This document shows positions 18,744 to 28,938 of a stretch of 64,000 nucleotides of DNA, piece after piece. This stretch comes from an uncultured Actinomycetes bacterium. Its GTDB lineage: Bacteria > Actinomycetota > UBA4738 > HRBIN12. The stretch is from contig CAWEPH010000002.1 of the NCBI GenBank assembly GCA_963810915.1, positions 57,002 through 121,001 on the forward strand, read 5' to 3'. How positions within the stretch are numbered: position 1 is the first letter of the stretch; every line of letters begins with the position of its first letter. The notes below the pieces were generated by a model, which made no database searches, was not told where the DNA came from, and saw nothing but the letters and a program-made list of their open reading frames with translations. Made by a program: the position numbers and the translations under genes.

Positions 18744-19910
18744 GGACCCCGCCCACCGATCCCGACGTCGAGCGCGAGCTCGTCGCCCTCGCGCACACGT
18801 TCGCCGAGCGCGAGATCCGCCCCGTGGCCGCCGCGCTGGACGAGGCGGAGACCTTCCCGTGGGAGGTCTTCCACGCGGCATGCGCGCTGGGTCTCGCGAG
18901 CATCGACATCCCCGTCGCGTACGGGGGCGGAGGCATCGAGAGCCTGCTCACGGCCTGCCTCGTCACCGAGGAGCTGACGTGGGGCGACAGCGGCGTGTCC
19001 GCCGTGATCAGCGGGAACGCGTTCTTCGCCGGCCCGATCCTCGCGCTCGGCACCGAGGAGCAGAAGCGGCGATGGGTCACGCCCCTCACCCTGCCCGACT
19101 CCCCCGCGGCCGCGCTCGCGCTCACCGAGCCGGGCGCCGGCTCCGACGCCGCCGCCATCATCACGCACGCCCGCCGCACCGAGGGCGGCTACGTGCTGAA
19201 CGGCTCCAAGACGTGGATCTCGAACGCGCCCGACGCGGACCGCTACCTCGTGTACGCGACCGTCGAGCCCGGATCGCGTTCGCGCGGCATCACGACCTTC
19301 GTGGTGGCCAAGGGCGACGAGGGCTTCGCGCTGGGCAAGAAGATCCCCAAGATGGGCACCCGGTGCTGTCCGAGCGGCGAGCTGTTCTTCTCCGACTGCT
19401 TCGTGGCGGAGGATCGTCGGATCGGCGACGAGGGCCAGGGGTTCCACGGGGTGCTGGAGTGGTTCGACCGCTCGCGCGTGCTGCTCGCCGCGGGATCGTG
19501 CGGGGTCGGGCGCGCCGCGCTCGAGCACGCCGTCGCCTACGCGAAGGAGCGGGAGGCGTTCGGCCGGAAGATCCACGGGTTCCAGGCGGTCTCGTTCCGC
19601 CTGGTCGACGCGAAGATGAAGCTCGACCAGGCGCGGCTGCTCACGCACCACGCCGCGCGCCTCGCCGACGCCGGCGAGCCCTACACGACCGAGTCGGCGA
19701 TGGCGAAGGTCGCCGCGAGCGAGGCCGCGTTCTTCGCCGCCTGGGCCGCGATGCAGACGCTCGGCGGCAACGGCTACTCGCGCGAGTACCCGGTGGAGAA
19801 GCTGCTGCGCGACGCGAAGCTCGACGAGATCTGGGAGGGCACGAGCGACATCCAGCGCCTGATCGTGGCGCGTTCGATGTTCCGCGACGAGGTGGGGCGC
19901 GGATGGCTGA
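18740..19910 (+). CDS. Acyl-CoA dehydrogenase (in-frame stop apparently lost to an indel)
   Basis: [63 protein letters not shown]; SD GAGGAGG and GTGA overlap. Confidence 0.92.
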
Positions 19911-19976
19911 AGGGTCGCGTTTGCTCCATCCTGGGGCCGCGGCGTAGCGTGGTCGTGACCTCGGGAGGAGCTCCGC

Positions 19977-21222
19977 ATGACCATCGCAACTCACCCCGCT
20001 CACGTCCGTACCATCCGCACCGTCACCCTGCTGACCACGATCCTCGTGCTCGCTGCCGGATCTTGGACCCCGCCAGCCCAGGCTGCGCCCGCCCCCGCGC
20101 CCGCCTGGCACCGGCAGGCCGGCTTCCAGGCGAACGCGGTGGCCGTGGACAAGGACCGCAACGTCTACGTGGTCGGCTCGCTCAAGCCGGGGCCACGGTG
20201 GACCCTGATGCTGCGGAAGTACGCGCTCGACGGCAGCCTGATCTGGGCGCGGAACTGGCGCCCGGCGAAGGCGGGCTACGTGAACGGGCGCGACGTGGCC
20301 CTCGCCCCCGACGGCGGCGTCTACGTGGTGGGCGACGTCGCGATCCCCGGGTCCGAGGGCAGCGGATGGTTCATCGCCCGCTACGCCCCCGACGGCCGGC
20401 GCCGCTGGGTGCACGACGAGCCCGGCTGGGAGTCGGGGAAGCTCGCCGACTCCTACGGATCGGTGGCCGTGGCCGGCGACCGCCTGATCGTGGCCGGGAA
20501 CCGCTTCGGTTGCTGCGGGAACCCCTTCAACCACGGCTACCTGCGCTCCTACACCACCGGAGGGAAGCCCGTCTGGCGGATCCCCTTCGACGCGCCCGCC
20601 ATCGACCCGAAGTTCTACGACGGCGCGACCGGGGTGGCCGGGGGCACCTCGGGCATGTTCTTCGTCACGGGGTGGGCGGCCACGGCCCTGCAGATGGGCG
20701 AGACCGACTTCGTGGACCAGGACGTGGTGATCCAGGCCGTCACGTCCGGGGGTCACGTGGCGTGGACACGCGTCCTCGGCGATCACGGCACGCGCGACGT
20801 GGATCGCGGGACCGCGATCGCGGTGCGAGGCGACCGCCTCGCCGTCACCGGCGACGTCGACCAGCGCGGGTTCGTGCGGAGCCACGCGTGGCTCGGCGCC
20901 TTCACGCTTGGACGGGAGTCCCCTGTGGTCCCAGGGGTGGGGTGCGACCAAGCACGGCAACCAGTCGACAACCGCGGGTGTCTCGTTCGCGCCCGACGGG
21001 GCCGTGTACGTGGCGGGCTCGCGCCGCGACAAGTCCGATGGCGGATGGGACATCGTCGTGCGCCGGTTCGGCGCGGGGGGCGCGCTGATCTGGCAGAGCG
21101 TCCTGGAGCAGGGCATCCGGACGCTGCTGGCGAGTGATGTCGGGGCTGCGCCCGTGAAGGGCGCCTACGTCGCCGGTTCCAACAGCGACGGCGGCGGCCA
21201 CCTCTGGCGCTACAGCACCTAG
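19977..21222 (+). CDS. Secreted beta-propeller repeat protein (SBBP-like; apparent frameshift near 20910)
   Basis: Signal peptide; repeats [45 protein letters not shown]. Confidence 0.8.
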
Positions 21223-21237
21223 ACAGGGCGCGGCGAC

Positions 21238-21801
21238 TCAGCGCGCACCGAGGATGTCGCGGACGAACGCAGCGCGCTCCGCCACTGTGGCTCGCGGCAC
21301 CTCGACGAGCGTGTAGCCGGTCCTCGAGTAGGCATCCACGAGGGCCTCGTGGAAGGCGATCGTGTCCGCGAAGGGCATCGTCCGCTCGTCGTCGGTCGTG
21401 TAGATCTCTTCCCACGGCGCGAGCACGAGGACCTCGTGGTGGTACCGGTACTCCTCGGCGGCTCGGAGGCTCGGCGCAAGATCGATCCCGAAGAGCACCG
21501 CGTAGGCGATGCAGTCCGGGATGCCCCGGTCGAAGACCACCGGGCCCGCCCGCCGTCCGGCCGCGCCGTGCTTCTCGATCGACCGCTCGAGGAGGAGCTC
21601 CACGAACCGCACGGGGTCGCGGTCCCAGGTGCCCGCACCACCGACGGTCCTTTGCTCCGCGAGGATCTCTCGGGCCGGTTCACGCACCAGATGGATGCCC
21701 TGGCCGATCCCGTCGAGGACGGCGGTCTTCCCGGTGCCGGGCGCGCCCGTGAGGATATGGAGATGGTGGGCCGGTGATGTCGTGTGCGACTCGAGGGACA
21801 T
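21238..21801 (-). CDS. AAA_28/NadR-like P-loop ATPase or kinase
   Basis: ILTGAPGTGKT, EPAR, FDRGIPD, PWEEIY..D.ER. Confidence 0.88.
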   Translation of the reverse strand: MSLESHTTSPAHHLHILTGAPGTGKTAVLDGIGQGIHLVREPAREILAEQRTVGGAGTWDRDPVRFVELLLERSIEKHGAAGRRAGPVVFDRGIPDCIAYAVLFGIDLAPSLRAAEEYRYHHEVLVLAPWEEIYTTDDERTMPFADTIAFHEALVDAYSRTGYTLVEVPRATVAERAAFVRDILGAR

Positions 21802-22238
21802 CAGTCGTCGGAGTCGGCCCACGCGATCCAGCGTTCGGGTCGAAGCACGAGCGTGAGCGAACCCTCGTACACCTCGTCGTCCGGATCAGCCGACTCCCGC
21901 ACGTAGCGGCGATCCAGCGAGGCGAGGTCCGATCGCGCGACATGCTCCTCGATGTCGACCGGCCCCTCGACCGTCACGTAGCGGCGCTCGGCGCCGACCG
22001 TGGTAGCCACGCAGAGCGTGCCGCGGCGGGTCCGCTGCACGTTCCGGTACTTCACCGAATCTCGCTCGGCGATGAAGCGCAGCGCCCCGTCGCGCCGGAA
22101 GAAATGCACGGGGACCGAGTGGATCCACCCACCCCCCGCGAGGGTGGAGAAGACGCCGGGGAGCGGGAGATCGAGCAGCTCGTCGCGTTCGGCCTCCGTG
22201 AGCGGCCGCCGGCCGAACACGTCCTCAGGCTCCGACAT
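21801..22238 (-). CDS. Pyridoxamine 5'-phosphate oxidase-like (PPOX/FDOR) protein
   Basis: STL..G..HSVPV.F, SVKYRNVQR, YVTVEG, LRPER. Confidence 0.85.
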   Translation of the reverse strand: MSEPEDVFGRRPLTEAERDELLDLPLPGVFSTLAGGGWIHSVPVHFFRRDGALRFIAERDSVKYRNVQRTRRGTLCVATTVGAERRYVTVEGPVDIEEHVARSDLASLDRRYVRESADPDDEVYEGSLTLVLRPERWIAWADSDD

Positions 22239-22309
22239 CCGGCCGAGTGTAGACGCAGTGTCCTGGGCCGTGGGAACGGCCCGTCGGAGGGCGCCCCTAG
22301 AGTGGGTGG

Positions 22310-24401
22310 ATGAGCGACCTCGCCACCGACGCCCTCGCGCACCTCCGCGAGATGCTCGGACCCGACGCCGACTTCCGTCCGGGGCAGCTCGAGGCGATCG
22401 AGGCGGTCGCGCGCGACCGCAGCCGCGTCCTGCTCGTGCAGCGCACCGGGTGGGGCAAGAGCGCCGTCTACTTCATCGCCACGAAGCTGCTGCGCGAGCA
22501 GGGCGCCGGGCCCACGCTGCTTGGTCTCGCCGCTGCTGGCGCTGATGCGCAACCAGATCGAGATGGCCGGGCGCATCGGCGTGCGCGCCGAGACGATCAA
22601 CCGCACGAACCCCGACGAGTTCGAGCCGATCGTGCAGCGTCTCGCTCGACGGACGAGATCGACCTGCTGCTGGTCTCGCCCGAGCGGTTCGCGAACGAGC
22701 GCTTCCGCGACGAGATGCTCTCGCGTGATCGCGCGCACGGTCGGGCTGCTCGTGGTCGACGAGGCGCACTGCATCAGCGACTGGGGCCACGACTTCCGGC
22801 CCGACTACCGGCGCATCGTGCGCGTGCTCGAGGCGCTGCCCGCCGGACGTGCCCGTGCTCTGCACCACCGCCACCGCGAACGACCGCGTGATCGCCGACA
22901 TCACCGACCAGCTCGGCGACGTCGCTGCAGACCTTCCGCGGCACGCTCGACCGCGAGAGCCTGGCGCTCGCCGTCGCCGACGTGCCGAGCCAGGCCGAGC
23001 GCCTGGCCTGGCTCGCCGAGACGATCCCCGGCGCTCGCCGGCTCGGGCATCGTGTACGTGCTCACGATCGCCGACGGCGAGCGGGTGGCCGCCTTCCTGC
23101 GCCGCCAGGGCATCGAGGCCGAGGCCTACAGCGGCGCCACCGACCACGACGACCGCATCCGCCTCGAGCAGGCGCTGCTCGCGAACGAGCTGAAGGTGCT
23201 GGTCGCGACCTCGGCGCTCGGCATGGGCTTCGACAAGCCCGACCTCGGCTTCGTGATCCACTACCAGTCGCCCGGCTCGCCGATCGCCTACTACCAGCAG
23301 GTCGGCGCGCCGGCCGCGCGCTCGACCACGCGCCGGCGGTGCTGCTGTGCGGCGTCGAGGACCGCGAGATCCAGGACTACTTCATCGAGACCGCGTTCCC
23401 GCCGCAGCGACCAGGCCGAGGCGATCGTGGCGCTGCTCGGCCGGCGCCGACGCGCCGATGTCGCTGAACGAGCTGATGGCGGCGGTGAACGTGCGCCGCG
23501 GCCGGCTCGAGTCGATGCTGAAGGTGCTCGAGGTGGAGGGCGCCGTCGCGCGCGAGCGCGGCGGGTACGTGCGCACGGCCGAGGCGTGGGCGTACCCGAC
23601 CGAGCGCATCGAGCACATCACCGCGCTCCGCCGGCACGAGCAGGAGGCGATGCGCCGGTACGCCGCACCACGACGGCTGCCTGATGGAGTTCCTGCGCCA
23701 CGAGCTCGACGACCCGGGCGCCGAGCCGTGCGGGCGCTGCATGAAGTGCACCGGCACGCCGCTGCGTCGTGGAGGTCCGCCGCAGGCGCTGCGCGTGGCC
23801 GCACGCGAGCACCTGCGCGGGTTCGACCTGTTCGTGGAGCCGCGGAAGCAGTGGCCGTCGGGGCTGGCGGCGTCGATGCCGAAGGGCCGGATCGCCGAGG
23901 AGGAGCGGCCGCTGGCCGGCCGCGCGCTCTCGGTGATGGGCGACGGCGGCTGGGGACGGCTGGTGGCGACCGGCCGCGGCGAGGACGAGCGCTTCGCCGA
24001 CGAGCTGGTGACGGCGTCCGCCGCGCTGATCCGCGAGCGCTGGCGGCCCGAGCCCGCGCCCACGTGGGTGACGTGCGTGCCCTCGATGACGCACCCCGAC
24101 CTCGTGCCGGACTTCGCCGCGCGGCTCGCGGACGCGCTGGACCTGCCGTTCCACGAGGTGGTGCGCAAGGTCGGCCAGAACCAGCCGCAGGCCGCGATGC
24201 AGAACAGCGCCCAGCAGGTGCGCAACGTGTGGGACGCGTTCGAGGTCGTCCCAAGGCCGACCTGCCGCGACGGCCCGGTGCTCCTCGTCGACGACCTCGC
24301 CGACTCGAAGTGGACGCTCACGGTGGTGGCGCGCGCCCTGCCGCCAGGCCGGCAGCGGCCCCGTGCACCCGTTCGTGCTCGCCACGGCGATCGCCGGCTG
24401 A
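22310..24401 (+). CDS. recQ: RecQ family ATP-dependent DNA helicase with C-terminal PRTase/ComF-like domain (multiple apparent frameshifts)
   Basis: FRPGQ, QRTGWGKS, SPLLALMRNQ, VDEAHCISDWGHDFRPDY, TATA, ATSALGMGFDKPD, YYQQVG, CGRCMKC Zn site, VLLVDD..DS.WTL, spread over several frames. Confidence 0.9.
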
Positions 24402-24502
24402 GAGCGAGCCGGCAAGACTCGTTTGACCTCCGCGGGCCCCGGGCAGAGACTCGTGGGCATCCCCGGACGCGACCACGGCGGCCGGGTCGGGAAGGGGGAT
24501 CC

Positions 24503-25051
24503 ATGAAACGGATCGCGGTCGGCACGGCTGCTTTCGGGTTCGTCATCGCGATGGCACTGTCGGCGCCGGGCGCGGCCGGCGTCATGGAATCATCGGGCGT
24601 CGCGCGGTTCACGTGCACGATCACCGGCACCGGCCACGGCGACACGATCCACGGGACCTCCGGCAGAGACGTGATCTGCGGCAAGGATGGGAACGACCTG
24701 ATCTACGGCGGTGGCGGCGCCGACATCCTGTCGGGCGGTGGAGGGACCGATCTCCTCATGGGACAGGTGGGGGCCGACGTCCTCCTGGGCGGCAACGGCA
24801 ACGACAACCTCTGGGGTGGGCTGGGTCGCGATGCCCTGGTGGCCGGGTTCGGACGGGACATCGCGGTCGGCCAGCAGGGCCTCGACATCATCGCCGGCGG
24901 GACGGGCGACGACATCTGCCTCTCGGGCATCGATCATCAGGCGGGCGACCGGATCCGCGGCGGACCCGGACACGACCGGGGCGACTCCGACGCCGGCGAC
25001 TCCCTGACCTCGGTGGAGGATCCCGTGACGTTCCGCTGCTACGGCGGGTAG
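24503..25051 (+). CDS. Secreted hemolysin-type (RTX) calcium-binding repeat protein
   Basis: Signal peptide, CTITGT...D.I.GT.G.DVICG, many GGxGxD nonapeptides; SD GAAGGGGG. Confidence 0.9.
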   Translation: MKRIAVGTAAFGFVIAMALSAPGAAGVMESSGVARFTCTITGTGHGDTIHGTSGRDVICGKDGNDLIYGGGGADILSGGGGTDLLMGQVGADVLLGGNGNDNLWGGLGRDALVAGFGRDIAVGQQGLDIIAGGTGDDICLSGIDHQAGDRIRGGPGHDRGDSDAGDSLTSVEDPVTFRCYGG

Positions 25052-25064
25052 GCATCGGTCGCGC

Positions 25065-26695
25065 GTGGGGCCAGCGGAGTCGACGATCCAACGAGCGCGC
25101 GACGCGCTGGCACGGGGCGCTTGGGCGGAGGCGTACGAGGGGTTGCACGAGGCCGATCGCTCGTCGATGACCGCGAACGACCTCGAGGGCCTCGCGGACG
25201 CGGCCTGGTGGAACTCACGACTGGAGGAGTCGCTCGAGGCGCGGCAGAAGGCGTACGCGGCCTACGCCGCCGCGGGGGACGAGCGCGCCGCGGGTGCGGT
25301 GGCCGCGCGCCTCGCGATCGAGCACCTCGTCCGCGATGAGACGTCGATCGGCACCGGCTACCTGATGCGGGCCCACCGCCACCTGCAGGACCTCCCCGCG
25401 TGCAGGGAGCAGGGGTTCCTCGACGTGGTCGAGGCCAACGCCGCCCGGTTCGCGGGTGAGCTCGACCGCACGCTCGCATTGGCGCGGCGGGCCATCGAGC
25501 TCGGTCGGCGCTTCGACGACCGCGATATCGTCGCGATCGCGATCCACACCGAGGGCCTCGCCCTGATCGACGCAGGCGAGGTCCGGGAGGGCCTCGCCCT
25601 CCTCGACGAGGCGATGACGGCGGTCCTGGCCGGCGATCTGAGCCCGTACTTCACCGGCATCATCTACTGCAACCTGATCCAGGCGTGTCTCGAGCTGAGC
25701 GACGTCCGACGCGCCGGCGAGTGGAGCGACGCGGCGCGCACCTGGTGCGACGCCCTCCAGCCGGACGCGCCGTTCCCGGGCATGTGCCGCGTGAACCGTG
25801 CGGAGGTGGCTCGCCTCCGGGGCGCCTGGCCCGAGGCCGAGGCCGAGGCGGTGCTCGCCTCGGAGGAGATGGCGGCGCTCGACCCGGGGCTCGCCGCGGC
25901 CGCGCTCAACCAGGTCGGCGAGGTTCGCCGTCGCACCGGCGATGTCGAAGGCGCCGAGACGGCGTTCGCCCGCGCGCATGAGCTCGGCGGCGATCCCCAG
26001 CCCGGACTCGCCCTCCTGCGGTTGGCGCAGGGGAAGATCGAGGCGGCGCGGACGGGGTTGCGCCTCACCCTCGGCGCCGAGCATCAGCGGCCGCGGCGGT
26101 CCCGGCTCCTCGCGGCGCAGGTGGAGGTCGCGCTCGCCGCGGGAGATCTCGACGAGGCACGACGCGGCCGTCGACGAGCTGGAGACGATGGCACGCGACG
26201 CCGGCACACCCGCGTTCGCGGCATCGGCGGCGACGGCTGCGGGCGCGCTCCACCTGGCCTCCGGGGAGGTGGACGAGCGCCCTCGATCGGCTCCGCGAGG
26301 CGTGCACGGCGTGGCAGCAGCTGAAGCTCCCCTACGAGACCGCGCGGGCGAGGGTGCTCTACGCGCGGGCGATCCGCGCGGGCGGCGACGAGGAGGGGGC
26401 GCGGCTCGAGCTGCGCGCCGCCCTCGCGGCGTTCGAGCGGCTGGGCGCGCGGCCCGATGCCGACGTCGTCTCCCGGCTCCTGGCGGGACCCGAGGCGCTC
26501 CCGGCCGGGCTCACCGCCCGAGAGGCCGAGGTGCTGCGCCTCGTCGCGGACGGCAAGACGAACCGCGACATCGCGGTGGAGCTGGTGATCAGCGAGCACA
26601 CGGTGGCGCGTCACCTGCAGAACATCTTCGCCAAGATCGACGTCTCCTCACGGTCGGCCGCCACCGCGTTCGCGTTCGAGCACGGCTTGGCCTAG
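25065..26695 (+). CDS. TPR-like helical protein with C-terminal LuxR HTH (apparent frameshifts near 26160 and 26280)
   Basis: [25 protein letters not shown]; C-terminus [23 protein letters not shown]...[12 protein letters not shown]. Confidence 0.88.
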
Positions 26696-26708
26696 GCGAC
26701 GCAGGGCA

Positions 26709-26724
26709 TGGTGCATATGCACCA
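26709..26724. promoter_or_regulatory. Perfect 16-bp palindrome, candidate LuxR-family operator
   Basis: TGGTGCATATGCACCA between the LuxR gene and the FMO gene; TAACGT -10-like box at 26784-26789. Confidence 0.55.
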
Positions 26725-26819
26725 CACGGACCCGACGACCATGTTGGTCACTTCCGTCGATGAAGGCCGGGCCCCCGCGGACCTAACGTCGCTCCCACAC
26801 CGAGTCAGGAGGACGGCAC

Positions 26820-27926
26820 ATGGGTACCGAGAGGTTCGAGACCGTGGTGATCGGCGGGAGTCAGGCAGGTCTGTGGGCGGGTTCGTACCTGCGGGAGACC
26901 GGACGGTCGTTCGTGATCCTGGACGCGAACGCAGCGGCGTGGGCGATGCGTGGCGCAACCGCTACGACTCGCTGCACCTGTTCACGCCGGCGCGCTACGT
27001 CGGACTCGCCGGGGATGCGGTTCCCCGCGAAGGGCTCCGCCATGCCCACGAAGGATCAGATGGCCGACTACCTGGAGGCCTACGCAGAGCGGTTCGCGCT
27101 CCCGGTTCGGACCGGTGTGCGCGTCGACAGCGTGTCGCGAGAGGGCGATACCTACGTCGTGTCGGCCGGCGAGACGCGGTTCGAGACCGCCAACGTGATC
27201 GTCGCGACGGGCGCGCACCAGGAGCCGCGCATCCCGGCGATCGCGCGCGAGCTCGACCCCTCGATCGTGCAGCTGCACTCCAGCGCGTACCGCAACCCCG
27301 CGCAACTCCGCGAGGGCGGCGTGCTGGTGGTCGGCGCGGGTAACTCGGGAGGCGACATCGCGCTGGAGGCGGCGCGCACGCATCCTACGTGGCTCTCGGG
27401 TCCCGAGCTCGGCCACATCCCGTTCGACATCGACGGGCCGTTCGCGCGGATCATCGGCACACGCCTGGTGGTCTTCGCGGGTCGGCACGTCCTGACGCTG
27501 CGGACCCCGCTGGGCCGGCGGGTACACGCGTCCGCCGGCAGCAGCGGCAACCCGTTGGTGCGCGTGAAGCCGAAGCAGCTGGTCGACGCCGGCGTGCAGC
27601 GCGTGCCCCGGACGGTCGCCGTGCGTGACGGCGCCCCCGTGCTGGAGGACGGCCAGGTGCTCGACGTCGCCAACGTGATCTGGGCCACGGGGTTCCGCCA
27701 CGATCTCTCGTGGATCGATCTCCCGATCTTCGGTGAAGACGGCGCGCCGACGCACGAGCGCGGCGTCGTCACCTCCGAGCCCGGCCTCTACTTCGTGGGG
27801 CTCCCGTTCCAGTTCTCCATCGCCTCCGACGTGCTCCCCGGCGTGGGCCGGGACGCCAAGTACGTCGTGGACCAGCTCGTCCGCAGGACGCGCCGGACCA
27901 CGCAGCGTGAGGCCGTCGCCGCCTGA
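26820..27926 (+). CDS. Flavin-containing monooxygenase-like FAD/NAD(P) oxidoreductase (compensating indels near 26930-27010)
   Basis: VIGGSQAGL; GDAWRNRYDSLHLFTP in the shifted frame; LHSSAYRNP, VVGAGNSG, IWATGF, PGLYFVG. Confidence 0.9.
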   Translation: MGTERFETVVIGGSQAGLWAGSYLRETGRSFVILDANAAAWAMRGATATTRCTCSRRRATSDSPGMRFPAKGSAMPTKDQMADYLEAYAERFALPVRTGVRVDSVSREGDTYVVSAGETRFETANVIVATGAHQEPRIPAIARELDPSIVQLHSSAYRNPAQLREGGVLVVGAGNSGGDIALEAARTHPTWLSGPELGHIPFDIDGPFARIIGTRLVVFAGRHVLTLRTPLGRRVHASAGSSGNPLVRVKPKQLVDAGVQRVPRTVAVRDGAPVLEDGQVLDVANVIWATGFRHDLSWIDLPIFGEDGAPTHERGVVTSEPGLYFVGLPFQFSIASDVLPGVGRDAKYVVDQLVRRTRRTTQREAVAA

Positions 27927-27956
27927 GGTCGGGCGTCGGGCGGTACCTTGGTAGGG

Positions 27957-28223
27957 ATGGCTGACTACGTCGAGTGCCCGTGCCGCGGCTATCGGGAATG
28001 CCCGATGTGCAAGGACGTGCGCCCATGTGGCCAGTTCGGACGCAGCCGCTGGTGTCCGCCGTGCCAACGCCTGCGCCGCCAGGGGATGCGTCCTCGCGCC
28101 AAGGGCCGCAACCGCATGCCCGCCGGCAGGATCTGTGCGGGCGAGGGCTGCGGGACGCGCCTGTCCGTGTACAACACCAGCGAGCACTGCGCGCTCTGCG
28201 CCCGGCGCGGTCTGCCGGTCTAG
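27957..28223 (+). CDS. Small Cys-rich putative zinc-binding protein
   Basis: 88 aa, 11 Cys (CPC, CPMC, CPPC, CAGEGC, CALC), basic; TACCTT 7 nt upstream suggests leaderless expression. Confidence 0.7.
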   Translation: MADYVECPCRGYRECPMCKDVRPCGQFGRSRWCPPCQRLRRQGMRPRAKGRNRMPAGRICAGEGCGTRLSVYNTSEHCALCARRGLPV

Positions 28224-28885
28224 TCCTCCCTCGCCCACGCGTACACGACGTCGGAGCGGCGCTCCTCGTCGCGCAGGTGCAGGTCGATCGCGACACTCGT
28301 GACCGCGGCCCACACGCACCACAGCGACGTGAGGCCCCCGACGGTCAGCCACACGAGCAGCATCACCGCGCCGAGGTTCAACACGCCGAAATCGCGGATC
28401 CATCGATCGCTCGACAGGAGCAGGGCGCCGCACGTCGCCGCCCCGTAGAGGAGCCCGATGCTGTCGCCGCCCGGGATGCGAACCAGGTACTCGATGTGAT
28501 GTCCCTCGATGGCGGCGCCGAGCGGGCCGCGCACCACCTCACCGATCAGGACGACCGAGACGATGAGTCCGAATCCCGCTAGCAGCGTCATGAGCTGTCG
28601 CCTGCGCCGGGACGGCTCCACGCCACGCACCGCGACCGGCACCCACAGGGGTAAGAGGAACGCGATCGCGAGGTAGATCCAGACCGCCTTGTCCCCCACC
28701 GCCGTCGGGACCCGGCCCATGAGCCCCCACCACACGAACACCTCGGTGAGTTGATGGACCCCGAACAGGAGGGGCAGGGAGGCAAGGGGCAGCTCCCGAG
28801 GGGTGCGCGTCCGTCGCACCGCGTCGATGCCGACGGCGGTGACGATGATGCCCGCGGTGAGGTCGGCCTCGGCGGAGAAGCACAT
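28220..28885 (-). CDS. DUF6629-like membrane protein
   Basis: MCFSAEAD, LPLLFGVHQLTEVFVW, SLWC.WAA. Confidence 0.85.
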   Translation of the reverse strand: MCFSAEADLTAGIIVTAVGIDAVRRTRTPRELPLASLPLLFGVHQLTEVFVWWGLMGRVPTAVGDKAVWIYLAIAFLLPLWVPVAVRGVEPSRRRRQLMTLLAGFGLIVSVVLIGEVVRGPLGAAIEGHHIEYLVRIPGGDSIGLLYGAATCGALLLSSDRWIRDFGVLNLGAVMLLVWLTVGGLTSLWCVWAAVTSVAIDLHLRDEERRSDVVYAWARED

Positions 28886-28938
28886 CGGACCTTCACCCTG
28901 TCACATCGCTGCGCGAACGCGGCGACGACGCTCAACCA

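Noticed and set aside
17708-21088. 1126-aa ORF suggesting an LLM plus acyl-CoA dehydrogenase fusion
   Set aside because: The LLM C-terminus continues in another frame to its own stop at 18743, the dehydrogenase has its own SD and GTG at 18740, and the tail is out-of-frame read-through over the next gene. It is an indel artefact.
22310-24401. Programmed ribosomal frameshifting in recQ and other broken genes
   Set aside because: Too many shifts, in both directions, with no slippery heptamer plus stimulator seen.
23684-25051. Apparent fusion of the RecQ C-terminus with RTX repeats
   Set aside because: The RTX gene has its own SD, ATG at 24503 and signal peptide; the join results from a frameshift near the RecQ end.
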